Assembly: GCA_963693055.1 (NCBI GenBank)
Contig: OY843751.1
Span: forward strand, 32,001 to 96,000
Reading direction: 5' to 3'
Origin: a bacterium
GTDB lineage: Bacteria; Zhuqueibacterota; Zhuqueibacteria; Residuimicrobiales; Krinioviventaceae
DNA: 64,000 nucleotides
Shown here: positions 40,172 to 49,651 of the stretch, in pieces
How positions within the stretch are numbered: position 1 is the first letter of the stretch
How the letters are laid out: every line of letters starts with the position of its first letter
Translations under genes and position numbers: made by a program
Notes under the pieces: generated by a model
What the model was told of the DNA's origin: nothing
The model's database searches: none
What the model saw: only the letters and a program-made list of their open reading frames with translations

Positions 40172-41148
40172 TGAAAGCTTTTGAATATATATACCCCAAG
40201 GATGTAAAATCTGTGCCTGCTGTACTGGGCGAATATGAGGGTAAGGCCTTGTTATATGCTGGCGGGACCGATGCCCTGGCCCGCATGAAAGAAGGCGTTG
40301 ATCGTCCTGAACATGTGGTGAATTTAAAAGGACTGGATGAGCTGAGCTCTATTTGGGATGATAAAGACGGATTACAAATTGGCGCAGGAACATTGCTATC
40401 TACCATTGCGAACAGCGATGTGGTTAAACAATATGGAGGACTGGCAAAAGCGGTAGAAACCGTAGCTACCATCCAGTTGCGGAATATGGGCACCCTGGGC
40501 GGCAATTTGTGTCAGCGTCCGCGCTGCTGGTATTATCGCAGTCGCCATTTCGATTGTGTACGCAAAGGTGGTGATGTTTGTTTTGCCATCAGTGGTGACA
40601 ATAAATACCATGCCATATTGGGTGGATTCCCCTGTTATATCGTCTATCCTTCGGATGTTGCACCCATGCTTATAACGCTTGGCGCCGAGATAGAGATTCT
40701 TGGACCTCAAGGCACCAAAAGAGTACCGCTGGAAGATTTTTACATCTTGCCTGATGAAAACTCTACCCGTGAGAATATATTAAAATTCGATGAAATTGTC
40801 ACCAAAGTGATTGTTCCGAAAAAGGCAAAGCAGCTCAAGAGTCATTATCTGAAATTTAAGGAACGTGATTCATTCGATTTTGCTATGGTGAGTGTTGCGG
40901 TTTCGGGCAAGGTTTCCGGAAACAAGATATCTGATCTGAAAATCGCCATGGGAGGAGTAGCACCTAAACCCTGGCGTGCATTCAAAGCGGAAAAAGTACT
41001 GGACGGCAAAACCATTACCGATGACTTGCTAAAACAGGCAGGTGAAGCGGAATTAAAAGATGCCGAACCGCTGGAACAGAATGAATATAAAATCACGTTG
41101 ACGAAAAACCTGCTCAAGCGGGCAGTTGGTGAATTGTTAGCCGAATAA
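40171..41148 (+). CDS. FAD subunit with Cys insert for a 4Fe-4S cluster (PaoB/YagS-like)
   Basis: AGGTD, RNMGTLGGNLCQRPRCWYYR...C...C...C...PSD. Confidence 0.93.
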   Translation: MKAFEYIYPKDVKSVPAVLGEYEGKALLYAGGTDALARMKEGVDRPEHVVNLKGLDELSSIWDDKDGLQIGAGTLLSTIANSDVVKQYGGLAKAVETVATIQLRNMGTLGGNLCQRPRCWYYRSRHFDCVRKGGDVCFAISGDNKYHAILGGFPCYIVYPSDVAPMLITLGAEIEILGPQGTKRVPLEDFYILPDENSTRENILKFDEIVTKVIVPKKAKQLKSHYLKFKERDSFDFAMVSVAVSGKVSGNKISDLKIAMGGVAPKPWRAFKAEKVLDGKTITDDLLKQAGEAELKDAEPLEQNEYKITLTKNLLKRAVGELLAE

Positions 41149-41166
41149 AAAAGGGTAGGTGTTATT

Positions 41167-41370
41167 ATGAGTGAAAAAAAACGCGTATGTACCATGTTGA
41201 TGCGTGTCGGTCCGAGTTATCCCGGTTTTTCAGACGAGTCCGAAGGTGAAGATAAAATGCTGACTTCGCAATTCTCCTGTTTAAAGACCGCAACTCCTGT
41301 GGGGCCCGATAATAATATTGCCGTCCCGCACGAGTGCACATCAGAACGACTCTGTTATAAAGAAACTTGA
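41167..41370 (+). CDS. Small four-Cys protein closing the oxidoreductase operon
   Basis: 19 bp after the FAD gene and before the terminator; C...CLKT..PVGPD...C...C. Confidence 0.65.
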   Translation: MSEKKRVCTMLMRVGPSYPGFSDESEGEDKMLTSQFSCLKTATPVGPDNNIAVPHECTSERLCYKET

Positions 41371-41380
41371 GTTGAAAATA

Positions 41381-41411
41381 AAAAAGGGACGATCATTGAT
41401 TGTCCCTTTTT
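41381..41411. terminator. Bidirectional intrinsic terminator
   Basis: AAAAAGGGACGATC-ATT-GATTGTCCCTTTTT between convergent genes. Confidence 0.85.
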
Positions 41412-41439
41412 TGTTTTAATAGATTGTAATTCTCTGAAA

Positions 41440-42660
41440 TTAATACAACGCCCACGGATACATGACCAGATCTGTTTTTCTACCTTTGGTAAGAGATTGC
41501 CCCTTGTTTAACAATACATATCCTTCTGCTTTACCAATGGATGTCAATTTATAAGGATCCTCATTTGAATAAAGGATAGCAACCGGTTTTCCTCCTGCTG
41601 TTGAAATTTGCAGTCGTAAAAATAAAGAGAGGTCCTCGGTGTTTTTTATAGAACTTCCCATAATTACAGAACGGGTTTGATGAGTTTGTGGTTTTCCCTG
41701 TATTTGCTGCAATACCGGATGAATGTAATACGCATAACAGTTTAATGCCAAAACCAGATTTTCCGGTAACCCGAACAACAGGGTTTGGTCCTTTTTAGCA
41801 AGATAGAATGATTGTCCCGGTTTTTGTTTTACACCCCAAAACAGATTTACAAATCCTGCTTCTCTGGCGGCTTCTTTGACTATATCCTGAGGACTGTCAG
41901 AGATACCTCCGCTAACAATAATGATGTTTGCAGATTCAGCGGCTTTATTAATAGCTTGTCTTACCGCATTGATATTATCACCGGTTCGGGTATGAAAGGC
42001 CAGATCTGCACCCGAAGAAAAGACGGCTGTTTTTAGCATGCTCGAGTTTGCATCGCGCATTTGGCCGGGTTCTGGTTTTAGGTCAAAGGGTACCAGTTCA
42101 CTGCCTGTAACTACTATTGAGACCTTTGGTGAAGCAATAACATCGATCTCGGTATATCCCTGAGATGCCAGCAAACCAATGCAGCCGGGAGTCAAAAAAG
42201 TCCCTGCTTTACAAAGGATTTCACCGCGTTTAAAATCTGAACCTGCTGTTCGAATACAATCGCCTTTAACATTTTTCTGTTTGATGAGCAACTCGTGATC
42301 ATTCACAAGCGTGTTTTCAATGGGTACAACAGTATCCGTACCTTTGGGCAGCAGAGCACCTGTATCAACGCGTACTGCGGTCCCTTTTTCGACAGGTCCG
42401 TTAAAAGGTGCCCCGGCTTCACTCTTGCCGCAGATGTCAAGCATAACAGACGAACTTTCATTTACTTTTGCTATATCTGTCCATTTAACGGCAAAACCAT
42501 TTACCGTACTGTGGTTGAAAGCGGGGTGTGCTTCACGAGCGGTTGCATTTTTTACCAGCACTTTACCGGATGCGTCTTCAAGCGATAGTAGCTCTATATC
42601 TTGTGGAGGAATATGCTGTTGAATGATTTGAACAGCATCGTTCAAAGAGATCAAATTCAT
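41440..42660 (-). CDS. moeA: Molybdopterin molybdenumtransferase MoeA-like (divergent)
   Basis: TGALLPKGTDTVVPIE, TGSELV, DANS, SGG, KPG, FGLP. Confidence 0.85.
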   Translation of the reverse strand: MNLISLNDAVQIIQQHIPPQDIELLSLEDASGKVLVKNATAREAHPAFNHSTVNGFAVKWTDIAKVNESSSVMLDICGKSEAGAPFNGPVEKGTAVRVDTGALLPKGTDTVVPIENTLVNDHELLIKQKNVKGDCIRTAGSDFKRGEILCKAGTFLTPGCIGLLASQGYTEIDVIASPKVSIVVTGSELVPFDLKPEPGQMRDANSSMLKTAVFSSGADLAFHTRTGDNINAVRQAINKAAESANIIIVSGGISDSPQDIVKEAAREAGFVNLFWGVKQKPGQSFYLAKKDQTLLFGLPENLVLALNCYAYYIHPVLQQIQGKPQTHQTRSVIMGSSIKNTEDLSLFLRLQISTAGGKPVAILYSNEDPYKLTSIGKAEGYVLLNKGQSLTKGRKTDLVMYPWALY

Positions 42661-42953
42661 GTTAAAAATCTTGTTTTATAATACCCTTGCCGTTAAATAC
42701 GAAATGGGCATTGATGCTTTTGGGAAAATGCGACTGGATATTTTCCAGCACACAATTATTTTTCTTCCCAAAGGATTTAAGAGAATATATTATTAATATA
42801 AAGCACAATTTGATTAAATGCAAATGTGTACATGTACTCGTTGTAAACCGGAATTACAATGCTATTATTAGTAAACATCAAGAAAATGCTGCTAAAAGTT
42901 GTGATGCCCCTTTTACTTTTCAAAATGTTGATATTACTGGCCTTTAAATGTAT

Positions 42954-43463
42954 TTATTGACTCCATGGACAGGTAGCATTAGCAAAGTCTTTTTCGCCCT
43001 TTACGAGATGGTATAGATAAGATCCCAAACAAAATTTTAAAAATAATAGTGCGGAAAAAGCTATTACCAGAAAACCTTCAAAAATATATGCTGCAATATT
43101 CCATGACATGATAATGCTTATAGCCGCTCCCAATGAAAATACAGCCGCCATTCCCTGCGCAAAACGCCGGGGCCCAGGAGCGGCTTCAATTCTGGGCTTG
43201 TCTTTTTCGCGAATGAGAAAACGGTTGAAAAAGTTTTCAAACGGATTTGCTTTGGGTATTAGCACATTTATCCACAACACTACCGAAATGACAAGAAACA
43301 ATTGCCAACTCTGGAAAATGGTTGCAATAAATACCAATGAACCTACAATTGTAGGTTGAAATTGCAAAGAAAGGACTCGATAGTTTGCATCATTTTCTGA
43401 AAATCTGCTGAATCCCTGTTGTTGTAAAAATTTATAGTCAGTAGATCTCAATATGTTCTCCAT
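42954..43463 (-). CDS. DUF4395 family membrane protein
   Basis: PRRFAQG, FCLG, several TM helices. Confidence 0.75.
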   Translation of the reverse strand: MENILRSTDYKFLQQQGFSRFSENDANYRVLSLQFQPTIVGSLVFIATIFQSWQLFLVISVVLWINVLIPKANPFENFFNRFLIREKDKPRIEAAPGPRRFAQGMAAVFSLGAAISIIMSWNIAAYIFEGFLVIAFSALLFLKFCLGSYLYHLVKGEKDFANATCPWSQ

Positions 43464-43565
43464 AAAATATTCTATCTGATTACAAAAACAGAGGAAAATT
43501 TGGCAATATTCCTAAATAGATTCTGGGTAGGAATGAGATGCTTTGTTTTACAAAATATGGGTTTG

Positions 43566-44162
43566 TTACATAAAGCGGGATTGGATATCTTTTAATTCTG
43601 TGGGGGTGTCTGCGTCAAAAAGAATACCATCTGATTGGATAGGAATTTTGTACACAGAATCTTGAAATGTTTTTCCCAAATCTCTGGCGGTTTGATTGGG
43701 TGACATGTTGGGTATTTCTTTTAATACCTGACAGGAATAAAATACAGGATGACCTCCCTGTCCATTAAATTCAGGGATAATAATGTCTTTATCGGTATTA
43801 TTGTGAGCAGTTATTAGTTCATTGATCCAAGCCGCACGGATTTGGGGCTGATCACCAAGGCAGACAATGGCACCCTTGCACTTTTCGGGCAGTGCTAATA
43901 CCCCGGTTTGCAGGGAAGAAAATTGTCCGCGTTTGTAATGTGTATTGATGATAAAATTGGCATGCACACCGCATTGGCTTTTGATCTCTTCCGGCTTGAA
44001 GCCCAGTACAACGATCACTGGCCCAATTCCGGCTTCACTCAGTTGTCCATGGATATGCTGTAAAAAGGTCTTTTCACCAATTTTGAGGATGGGTTTCAGT
44101 TGCCCCATTCTGCGGGACTCACCCGCGGCCAGTATGATTCCGGCAATCATGTTTATTTCCAT
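43566..44162 (-). CDS. Molybdenum cofactor cytidylyltransferase MocA-like
   Basis: ILAAGESRRMG, GQFSSL, LGDQP, GHPV, DADT; next to xdhC. Confidence 0.85.
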   Translation of the reverse strand: MEINMIAGIILAAGESRRMGQLKPILKIGEKTFLQHIHGQLSEAGIGPVIVVLGFKPEEIKSQCGVHANFIINTHYKRGQFSSLQTGVLALPEKCKGAIVCLGDQPQIRAAWINELITAHNNTDKDIIIPEFNGQGGHPVFYSCQVLKEIPNMSPNQTARDLGKTFQDSVYKIPIQSDGILFDADTPTELKDIQSRFM

Positions 44163-44956
44163 GTTTGGGTGTCAATGTTGTTTTTCACTGCAATCATTTC
44201 TGCTGCTATCGAGATAGCGATTTCAGCCGGAGAATCTCCACCAATCGGCAACCCAATGGGACTGTGAATTTGGTCAATCCGTTCAGCGGCAATGCCGTTG
44301 TCTATCAACGTCTTGCGTGTCTGCCCAACTTTGCGTTTACTGCCAATCATTCCCAGATAGGCAAAAGGCTGTTGTACGCAATATTCAAGAATTTCCTGAT
44401 CATGCAAATGTCCGTGTGTAACAATCACGATAAAAGTATGATCCGTAAATGTCAGTTCTGATAATGCCTGATCATAAGGCTTACAAATAACAGAGCGGGC
44501 ATCAGGGAGCCGTTCAGGTGATGCAAATTCAGGACGATTGTCTATGACCGTCATGGTAAATCCGGCGTCTTTGATGACACTGCTCAGTGCTTTGCAGACA
44601 TGTCCCCCACCGAACACATAGAGGGGAGAAGGGGGATTTAGCGGCTCGAAAAACAGGGTCATGTTACCGCCGCATAGCATATGCGTATCTGTTTCCAGAG
44701 AATATTCTTTTAACAAGGGCTCTTTGCTGTTCATTAAATCCATTGCCTGCCGGATCGCTTCTTTTTCAATGGCACCACCGCCAACAGTGCCGTGAGTATT
44801 ACCATTGGAATAGACGATCATACGGGAACCGGATTTTTGTGGAGCACTGCCTTTGGACTCGACCACTGTCACGATCACCGCCGGAATGGAACGTTTTTCA
44901 ATCTCTGCAATTTCAGAATATAATGATTTTTGAACAGTAGGCATTTGATTTTCCAA
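44153..44956 (-). CDS. xdhC: XdhC/CoxI family Moco chaperone
   Basis: GSAPQ, GTVGGG, CGG, FGGGHV, YLGMIGSKRK, SPIGLPIG, EIAISI. Confidence 0.9.
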   Translation of the reverse strand: MENQMPTVQKSLYSEIAEIEKRSIPAVIVTVVESKGSAPQKSGSRMIVYSNGNTHGTVGGGAIEKEAIRQAMDLMNSKEPLLKEYSLETDTHMLCGGNMTLFFEPLNPPSPLYVFGGGHVCKALSSVIKDAGFTMTVIDNRPEFASPERLPDARSVICKPYDQALSELTFTDHTFIVIVTHGHLHDQEILEYCVQQPFAYLGMIGSKRKVGQTRKTLIDNGIAAERIDQIHSPIGLPIGGDSPAEIAISIAAEMIAVKNNIDTQTWK

Positions 44957-45045
44957 TAATATTTAATATAATATAAGATACTCGTATTTTTAAAAAAAGA
45001 AAATTCTGAACTACCTTTAATAAAAAAATGGAAATTGAGGTGAAA

Positions 45046-45834
45046 ATGAAAAAAGCGTTGTGGTTGTGTCTGCTTTTATTTGTGAGTAGTAATATGCTTT
45101 TTTCTGCAGAAACAAATCTGCCTGAAAAACAAAATTTTCATATTTTCTTACTGGCCGGTCAATCGAACATGGCCGGGCGCGGCAATGTTGATTCATTGAG
45201 CAAACAAATCCATCCGCGGGTGTTAATGTTGACAAAAGACAACAAGTGGGTGCCTGCGGTAGACCCCATACATTATGATAAAAGTGCAGCGGGAGTAGGC
45301 CCCGGCAAGTCATTTGCTCTGGCACTGGTTGAGCAGGACACATCGATTGTCATAGGACTGGTCCCCGCGGCTTGTGGTGGTTCACCTATAGATACCTGGC
45401 AGCCGGGCGGATACCACGATCAAACCAAAAGCAATCCCTATGATGATGCTATTAAACGCGCACGCTTTGCCATGCTGGATGGGTACCTTGAGGGAATTCT
45501 CTGGCACCAGGGGGAAAGCGATTGTGAACCGTTTCTTGCCGGTTCATACAAGACAAAGCTAATCAGTTTGATCTCACGCTTTAGAACGGATCTGGGGTAC
45601 CCTGAACTGCCATTTCTTATTGGGCAAATGGGCCAGTTTGAGAGCAATCCCTGGGATGATTATAAAAAGACCGTGAACCAGGCGCATATCGATGTTGCGA
45701 AAACGGTAGAGAATGCAGCGTTTGTAAAATCGGATGGACTTTCCTGTAGATCCGATAATGTACATTTCAACACTCAATCCGCTCGTGAGTTGGGGAAACG
45801 ATACGCAAAGGCGTATTTGAATCTGAAAAAATAA
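45046..45834 (+). CDS. Sialate O-acetylesterase/acetylxylan esterase (SASA/CE6-like)
   Basis: AGQSNMAGRG, WHQGESD, DNVHF; signal peptide. Confidence 0.9.
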   Translation: MKKALWLCLLLFVSSNMLFSAETNLPEKQNFHIFLLAGQSNMAGRGNVDSLSKQIHPRVLMLTKDNKWVPAVDPIHYDKSAAGVGPGKSFALALVEQDTSIVIGLVPAACGGSPIDTWQPGGYHDQTKSNPYDDAIKRARFAMLDGYLEGILWHQGESDCEPFLAGSYKTKLISLISRFRTDLGYPELPFLIGQMGQFESNPWDDYKKTVNQAHIDVAKTVENAAFVKSDGLSCRSDNVHFNTQSARELGKRYAKAYLNLKK

Positions 45835-45916
45835 AAATTAAATATCTATTACTTAAAAAGGGGTGATCCATCCGGTGGGAAAAACCGCCTGGTCCCTGAC
45901 ATTTGGGAGGAATATC

Positions 45917-47695
45917 GTGAGATTCAAGGTAATGGTTTTGTTATGGTTTGCATTTTCCATGATTGCACATGCATACTCTAGTGTTGAAGAAATCTATATT
46001 GAAACCGAGTTTTATGGTGTGTTGAACAAGACCCGTGCAGAGTTTATTATTAATAATCAAGGGGACCGCGATGATGAAGCAACGATTACCTTACAATTGA
46101 ACAAATCAGCTATTGTGACGGATATGTGGCTGGAAATTGACGGCAAACTGGAAAAAGCTGAAACAATGGACCGTGATACGGGAGAACAAATCTATGAGCG
46201 TATTGTGGAGAGACAAATTGATCCGGCTTTGATGATTAAGCGTGAAAATGGATTGTACGAATTGAATGTCTTTCCAGTAGAGGCCCGTAAAAGCAGAAAA
46301 GTGGTCATAGAGTATATTTGCGTTGTTGAAAGTGCTGACAAAGGCTACCCGGTTTGGACTTTTGGTACTCGTGCTCAACATGTTTGTCTGAACATAAAAG
46401 AAAAGTATCCTCAAAATATGAATATACATGTTTCACCGCTGCGTTATCAGCTTTACGGTAAATTGATTGATCAAAAAGAAAATTATTTCGAGTTTGAGAA
46501 TCCCAATCGTATAGATCTCCTTCTGTTTTTTAATAACAATTCCCTCAATTTCTTTAAATCAAATTCGAACATGTTATTTGAAAAGCAGGACCTGTCTTTG
46601 AACAGGTATGATTTTGACAGAGATGAATTGGACCAACTCGTAGAATTACTGTTTTATTTAAAAGGGGACCAGCGGTATTTGGTTACCTATAGAAAGGATG
46701 ACAGATTTTTAAAGGCATTTTTTAGCTATTTATCCCGTACGGGTAAAATAAAATATGATTATCATACCGAAGCAAAAAACTGGATTGTCAATCAGCAAAA
46801 TTATGAATACCTGGATGATACTTATCGATTGCGGTCTGATTTTAAAGAGAAAAGCAATGTTGAAAAGTGTTATTGCCCTTTTTTAGATGTATATGAAGAC
46901 TATCTTTTTAGTTTAAAGGAACCTGTAACTGTACAGCGCCTGAAAGGATATTTGACCAAAAGATTCTCCAAAATTGTCATTGAAAAAGATAAACGCGCTC
47001 AACGGATCCGGCAGGAAGAGCTGCAATATCAAGATCGACGCGATGCAAACACCTCGGGGGATTTTCAAACAAAAGCCAATTCGTCACTTGATCAGGATAT
47101 GAGAGTGTCATATTCAATGTCTGCATTGAGATCGGACAATTATGTGCCTGCCAGACCGGTTGGTGGAGATGCTAAAATTCAGGAAAAATTATACTATCCC
47201 TCTTTTTTACAAAAACTCGGATTGGGAGGGACTGTTCGGGTTAGTTGTGGCGTTGATAGATTCGGAAATATAACCCAAACCGACATCGCAACATCACTAC
47301 ATCCGCTCTTGGACCAGGAAGCAATCAGGGCCGTTAATAGTGTTGAATGGGAACCGACAAATAGTGATGGTAAAGACATTAACGGGGGGGGGACAGTCGT
47401 TGTTGAATTTAATAACAATACGAAAATTGTAGAGATGGATGAGATTGAGCACTCTGTTTTTGAACAATTGGGAAGAACGCTCGAGTTGTGGACCGCGAAT
47501 CCGCGTAATGTGTTTGAACAGGGATTTGACGCGGACTCGGCTATAGAACTGGAACTGGAATCTGATGCCTTTTTCAAATTCCTGATGGGGCATCCGGAAT
47601 GCATAAAACTGGTATACCGGTTTTTTTACAGGTTTAAAGCAAATCAATTAGGAGTTGTTGAGAACGACCAGTCTGTGTTGATTTTTAGAAAGTGA
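45917..47695 (+). CDS. Exported VIT-domain protein with TonB C-terminal domain (paralog 1)
   Basis: GGAGG RBS + GTG; VIT motif VTDMWLEIDG...IYERIV..IDPAL...VFPV; TonB-C YP...GTVRV...LDQEAIRAV...WEP. Confidence 0.8.
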   Translation: MRFKVMVLLWFAFSMIAHAYSSVEEIYIETEFYGVLNKTRAEFIINNQGDRDDEATITLQLNKSAIVTDMWLEIDGKLEKAETMDRDTGEQIYERIVERQIDPALMIKRENGLYELNVFPVEARKSRKVVIEYICVVESADKGYPVWTFGTRAQHVCLNIKEKYPQNMNIHVSPLRYQLYGKLIDQKENYFEFENPNRIDLLLFFNNNSLNFFKSNSNMLFEKQDLSLNRYDFDRDELDQLVELLFYLKGDQRYLVTYRKDDRFLKAFFSYLSRTGKIKYDYHTEAKNWIVNQQNYEYLDDTYRLRSDFKEKSNVEKCYCPFLDVYEDYLFSLKEPVTVQRLKGYLTKRFSKIVIEKDKRAQRIRQEELQYQDRRDANTSGDFQTKANSSLDQDMRVSYSMSALRSDNYVPARPVGGDAKIQEKLYYPSFLQKLGLGGTVRVSCGVDRFGNITQTDIATSLHPLLDQEAIRAVNSVEWEPTNSDGKDINGGGTVVVEFNNNTKIVEMDEIEHSVFEQLGRTLELWTANPRNVFEQGFDADSAIELELESDAFFKFLMGHPECIKLVYRFFYRFKANQLGVVENDQSVLIFRK

Positions 47696-47776
47696 TTTGG
47701 GATTTGCCTGGTGCTTGTCAAGTATCAGATAAATAGATTTCTGGTCCCCAATTATTATTTGGTATAATTTTTAGAG

Positions 47777-49549
47777 GTGAATTTGAAAAGAGTATTGTTT
47801 TTGTTATTATTAACCATTTCCACTATTGCTTATGCTAACGTCTATGTAGACGAGATCAGCATCGAGACCGAATTTTATGGCGTGCTGAACAAAACCCGGG
47901 CCGAGTTTATTTTGCGGAATGACAGTGAATGGGACAATCGGCAGGGATTTATTCACTTGTATATCAACAAGACCGCAATTGTTACGGACATGTGGTTAGA
48001 GATTGACGGCAGACTGGAGCGGGCCGAGACCCTTGCCCGGCAAACCGGTGAACAAATCTATGACCGCATAACCCGCCGCAATATAGATCCCGCAGTATTG
48101 ACAAAGTCGGGTAATGGCATCTATGAATTACGTGTTTTTCCGGTCAATGCCCACAGCAGCAGGCGGGTGGTGATCGAGTATGTGTGTATTGTTGAAAGCA
48201 GTGGTAAGAGTTTTGACTTTGTTTGGCTGTTTAACGCGGAAGCAAAAACTAAAACTATCGATGTGATTAAGAAATACCCTTCGGACATTGATATTTGTGC
48301 TTCATCTGTTTTAAAAGAGGATGTTGAAACGTCTGGGGATTTTTTCAGGGTTAAAGATAATCGTAAATTCGGACTAATTTTGGATGTGCCTTTCTCTGAA
48401 TTTGCGTTTTACAATAATAAAAGTTATATGGTTTTGAAAAACCACGAGATTGTTGTCAATCCCAAATATTACAATTGTTACAATGCCGTTCAACTTGAAA
48501 CATTGATTTGGGATATTGATCATTTCCCCAAATACCTGGTAAAATATGTTTACGGGGGCAATCCCTTTATTCAATCCTTTCTGGAATACCTGGAACGGAA
48601 AAAATTGATCGAGCTAGAATATCACCAGGAAGCGCCCGGCTGGTTACAGAGAGACAAAATGTGGACGTATTACGATCCGGCTTTTACATTGACATTACAA
48701 CCGCTGGCACGAAATGCCATAGACGAGTACTATTGTCCGTTTCTTGATGTATATCAGGATTATTTAGCTATTTTAAAAACAACACTCGCCGAGCAAAAGG
48801 ATAAAGGCTTTCTGGTAGAACGGCTTTCAAAACTGGTGATTGAGGATGACAGGCGCGCACAGCGGATCAGGCGGCAGGAGCTTGAGAATGAGGATTGGGA
48901 GTCGTTGGAGGAGTCAATTGAACCTGCTCCTGATGAATATGAGCAAAAGCCCTCCGACAATATGGATAATGATGGTGTATCTGCAGAAGCATTTATTGCA
49001 TATGATGAACCACCTTCGCCTATTGGTGGATTTTCTGCAATCCATAAAAAATTAAATTTCCCCAGATTCTTATTGTATAGATATGAAGGTAAGGTCATTG
49101 TGACCTGTCTAATTGGTGAAGATGGAAAAGTATTAGAAACCCGAATATTAAAATCTCTTCATCCCCTGCTTGACCAGGCGGCAATCGATGCGATCAGAGC
49201 TACTGAGTGGAAACCTGCGAAACAACGTATCAAGCCGGTCAAGGTTTGGATTTCTATTCCACTGGTTTTCAGGCAAGGAGGGAAAAAAGATGTTATTGAG
49301 TTGTCTGACAGCTTTGTATTTAAAGATCGAGAGTTTTATTGTGAATCCGATGAAAAGTACATTTGTTGTGAATCTGGATTTAATGAAAAGCAATGCATAG
49401 GTTTTGCAGCCGGTACAGAAGACTTTTTTAAATATCTGATTGAGAATCCGGATATTATTGCGTTTGTGGATTTAATTTACAACAATACGAGGGAATGGCA
49501 ATTGGGCTTGGTTGTTGAAGGTCAATCTGTGATGTTTGTGAAGGAGTGA
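47777..49549 (+). CDS. Exported VIT-domain protein with TonB C-terminal domain (paralog 2)
   Basis: Same VIT motif; PPSPIGG...EGKVIV...LDQAAIDAI...WKPAKQ...PVKVWISIPLVF. Confidence 0.82.
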   Translation: MNLKRVLFLLLLTISTIAYANVYVDEISIETEFYGVLNKTRAEFILRNDSEWDNRQGFIHLYINKTAIVTDMWLEIDGRLERAETLARQTGEQIYDRITRRNIDPAVLTKSGNGIYELRVFPVNAHSSRRVVIEYVCIVESSGKSFDFVWLFNAEAKTKTIDVIKKYPSDIDICASSVLKEDVETSGDFFRVKDNRKFGLILDVPFSEFAFYNNKSYMVLKNHEIVVNPKYYNCYNAVQLETLIWDIDHFPKYLVKYVYGGNPFIQSFLEYLERKKLIELEYHQEAPGWLQRDKMWTYYDPAFTLTLQPLARNAIDEYYCPFLDVYQDYLAILKTTLAEQKDKGFLVERLSKLVIEDDRRAQRIRRQELENEDWESLEESIEPAPDEYEQKPSDNMDNDGVSAEAFIAYDEPPSPIGGFSAIHKKLNFPRFLLYRYEGKVIVTCLIGEDGKVLETRILKSLHPLLDQAAIDAIRATEWKPAKQRIKPVKVWISIPLVFRQGGKKDVIELSDSFVFKDREFYCESDEKYICCESGFNEKQCIGFAAGTEDFFKYLIENPDIIAFVDLIYNNTREWQLGLVVEGQSVMFVKE

Positions 49550-49597
49550 TTTAAATCCTATAGTCTTTGAATCCTATTTGACATAATTCAGACAGAA

Positions 49598-49641
49598 CGG
49601 CCCTTCGATGCATCCGCCAACAGCTGATACTCGGGGACCGT
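49598..49641. repeat. Palindromic intergenic repeat
   Basis: ACGGCCCTTCGA...TCGGGGACCGT; similar start at 36981. Confidence 0.45.
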
Positions 49642-49651
49642 TCTTCCTTTT

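Noticed and set aside
47383-47392. G run in VIT-TonB paralog 1 as a phase-variation tract
   Set aside because: Short, encodes Gly-Gly-Gly in an intact frame; no other support.
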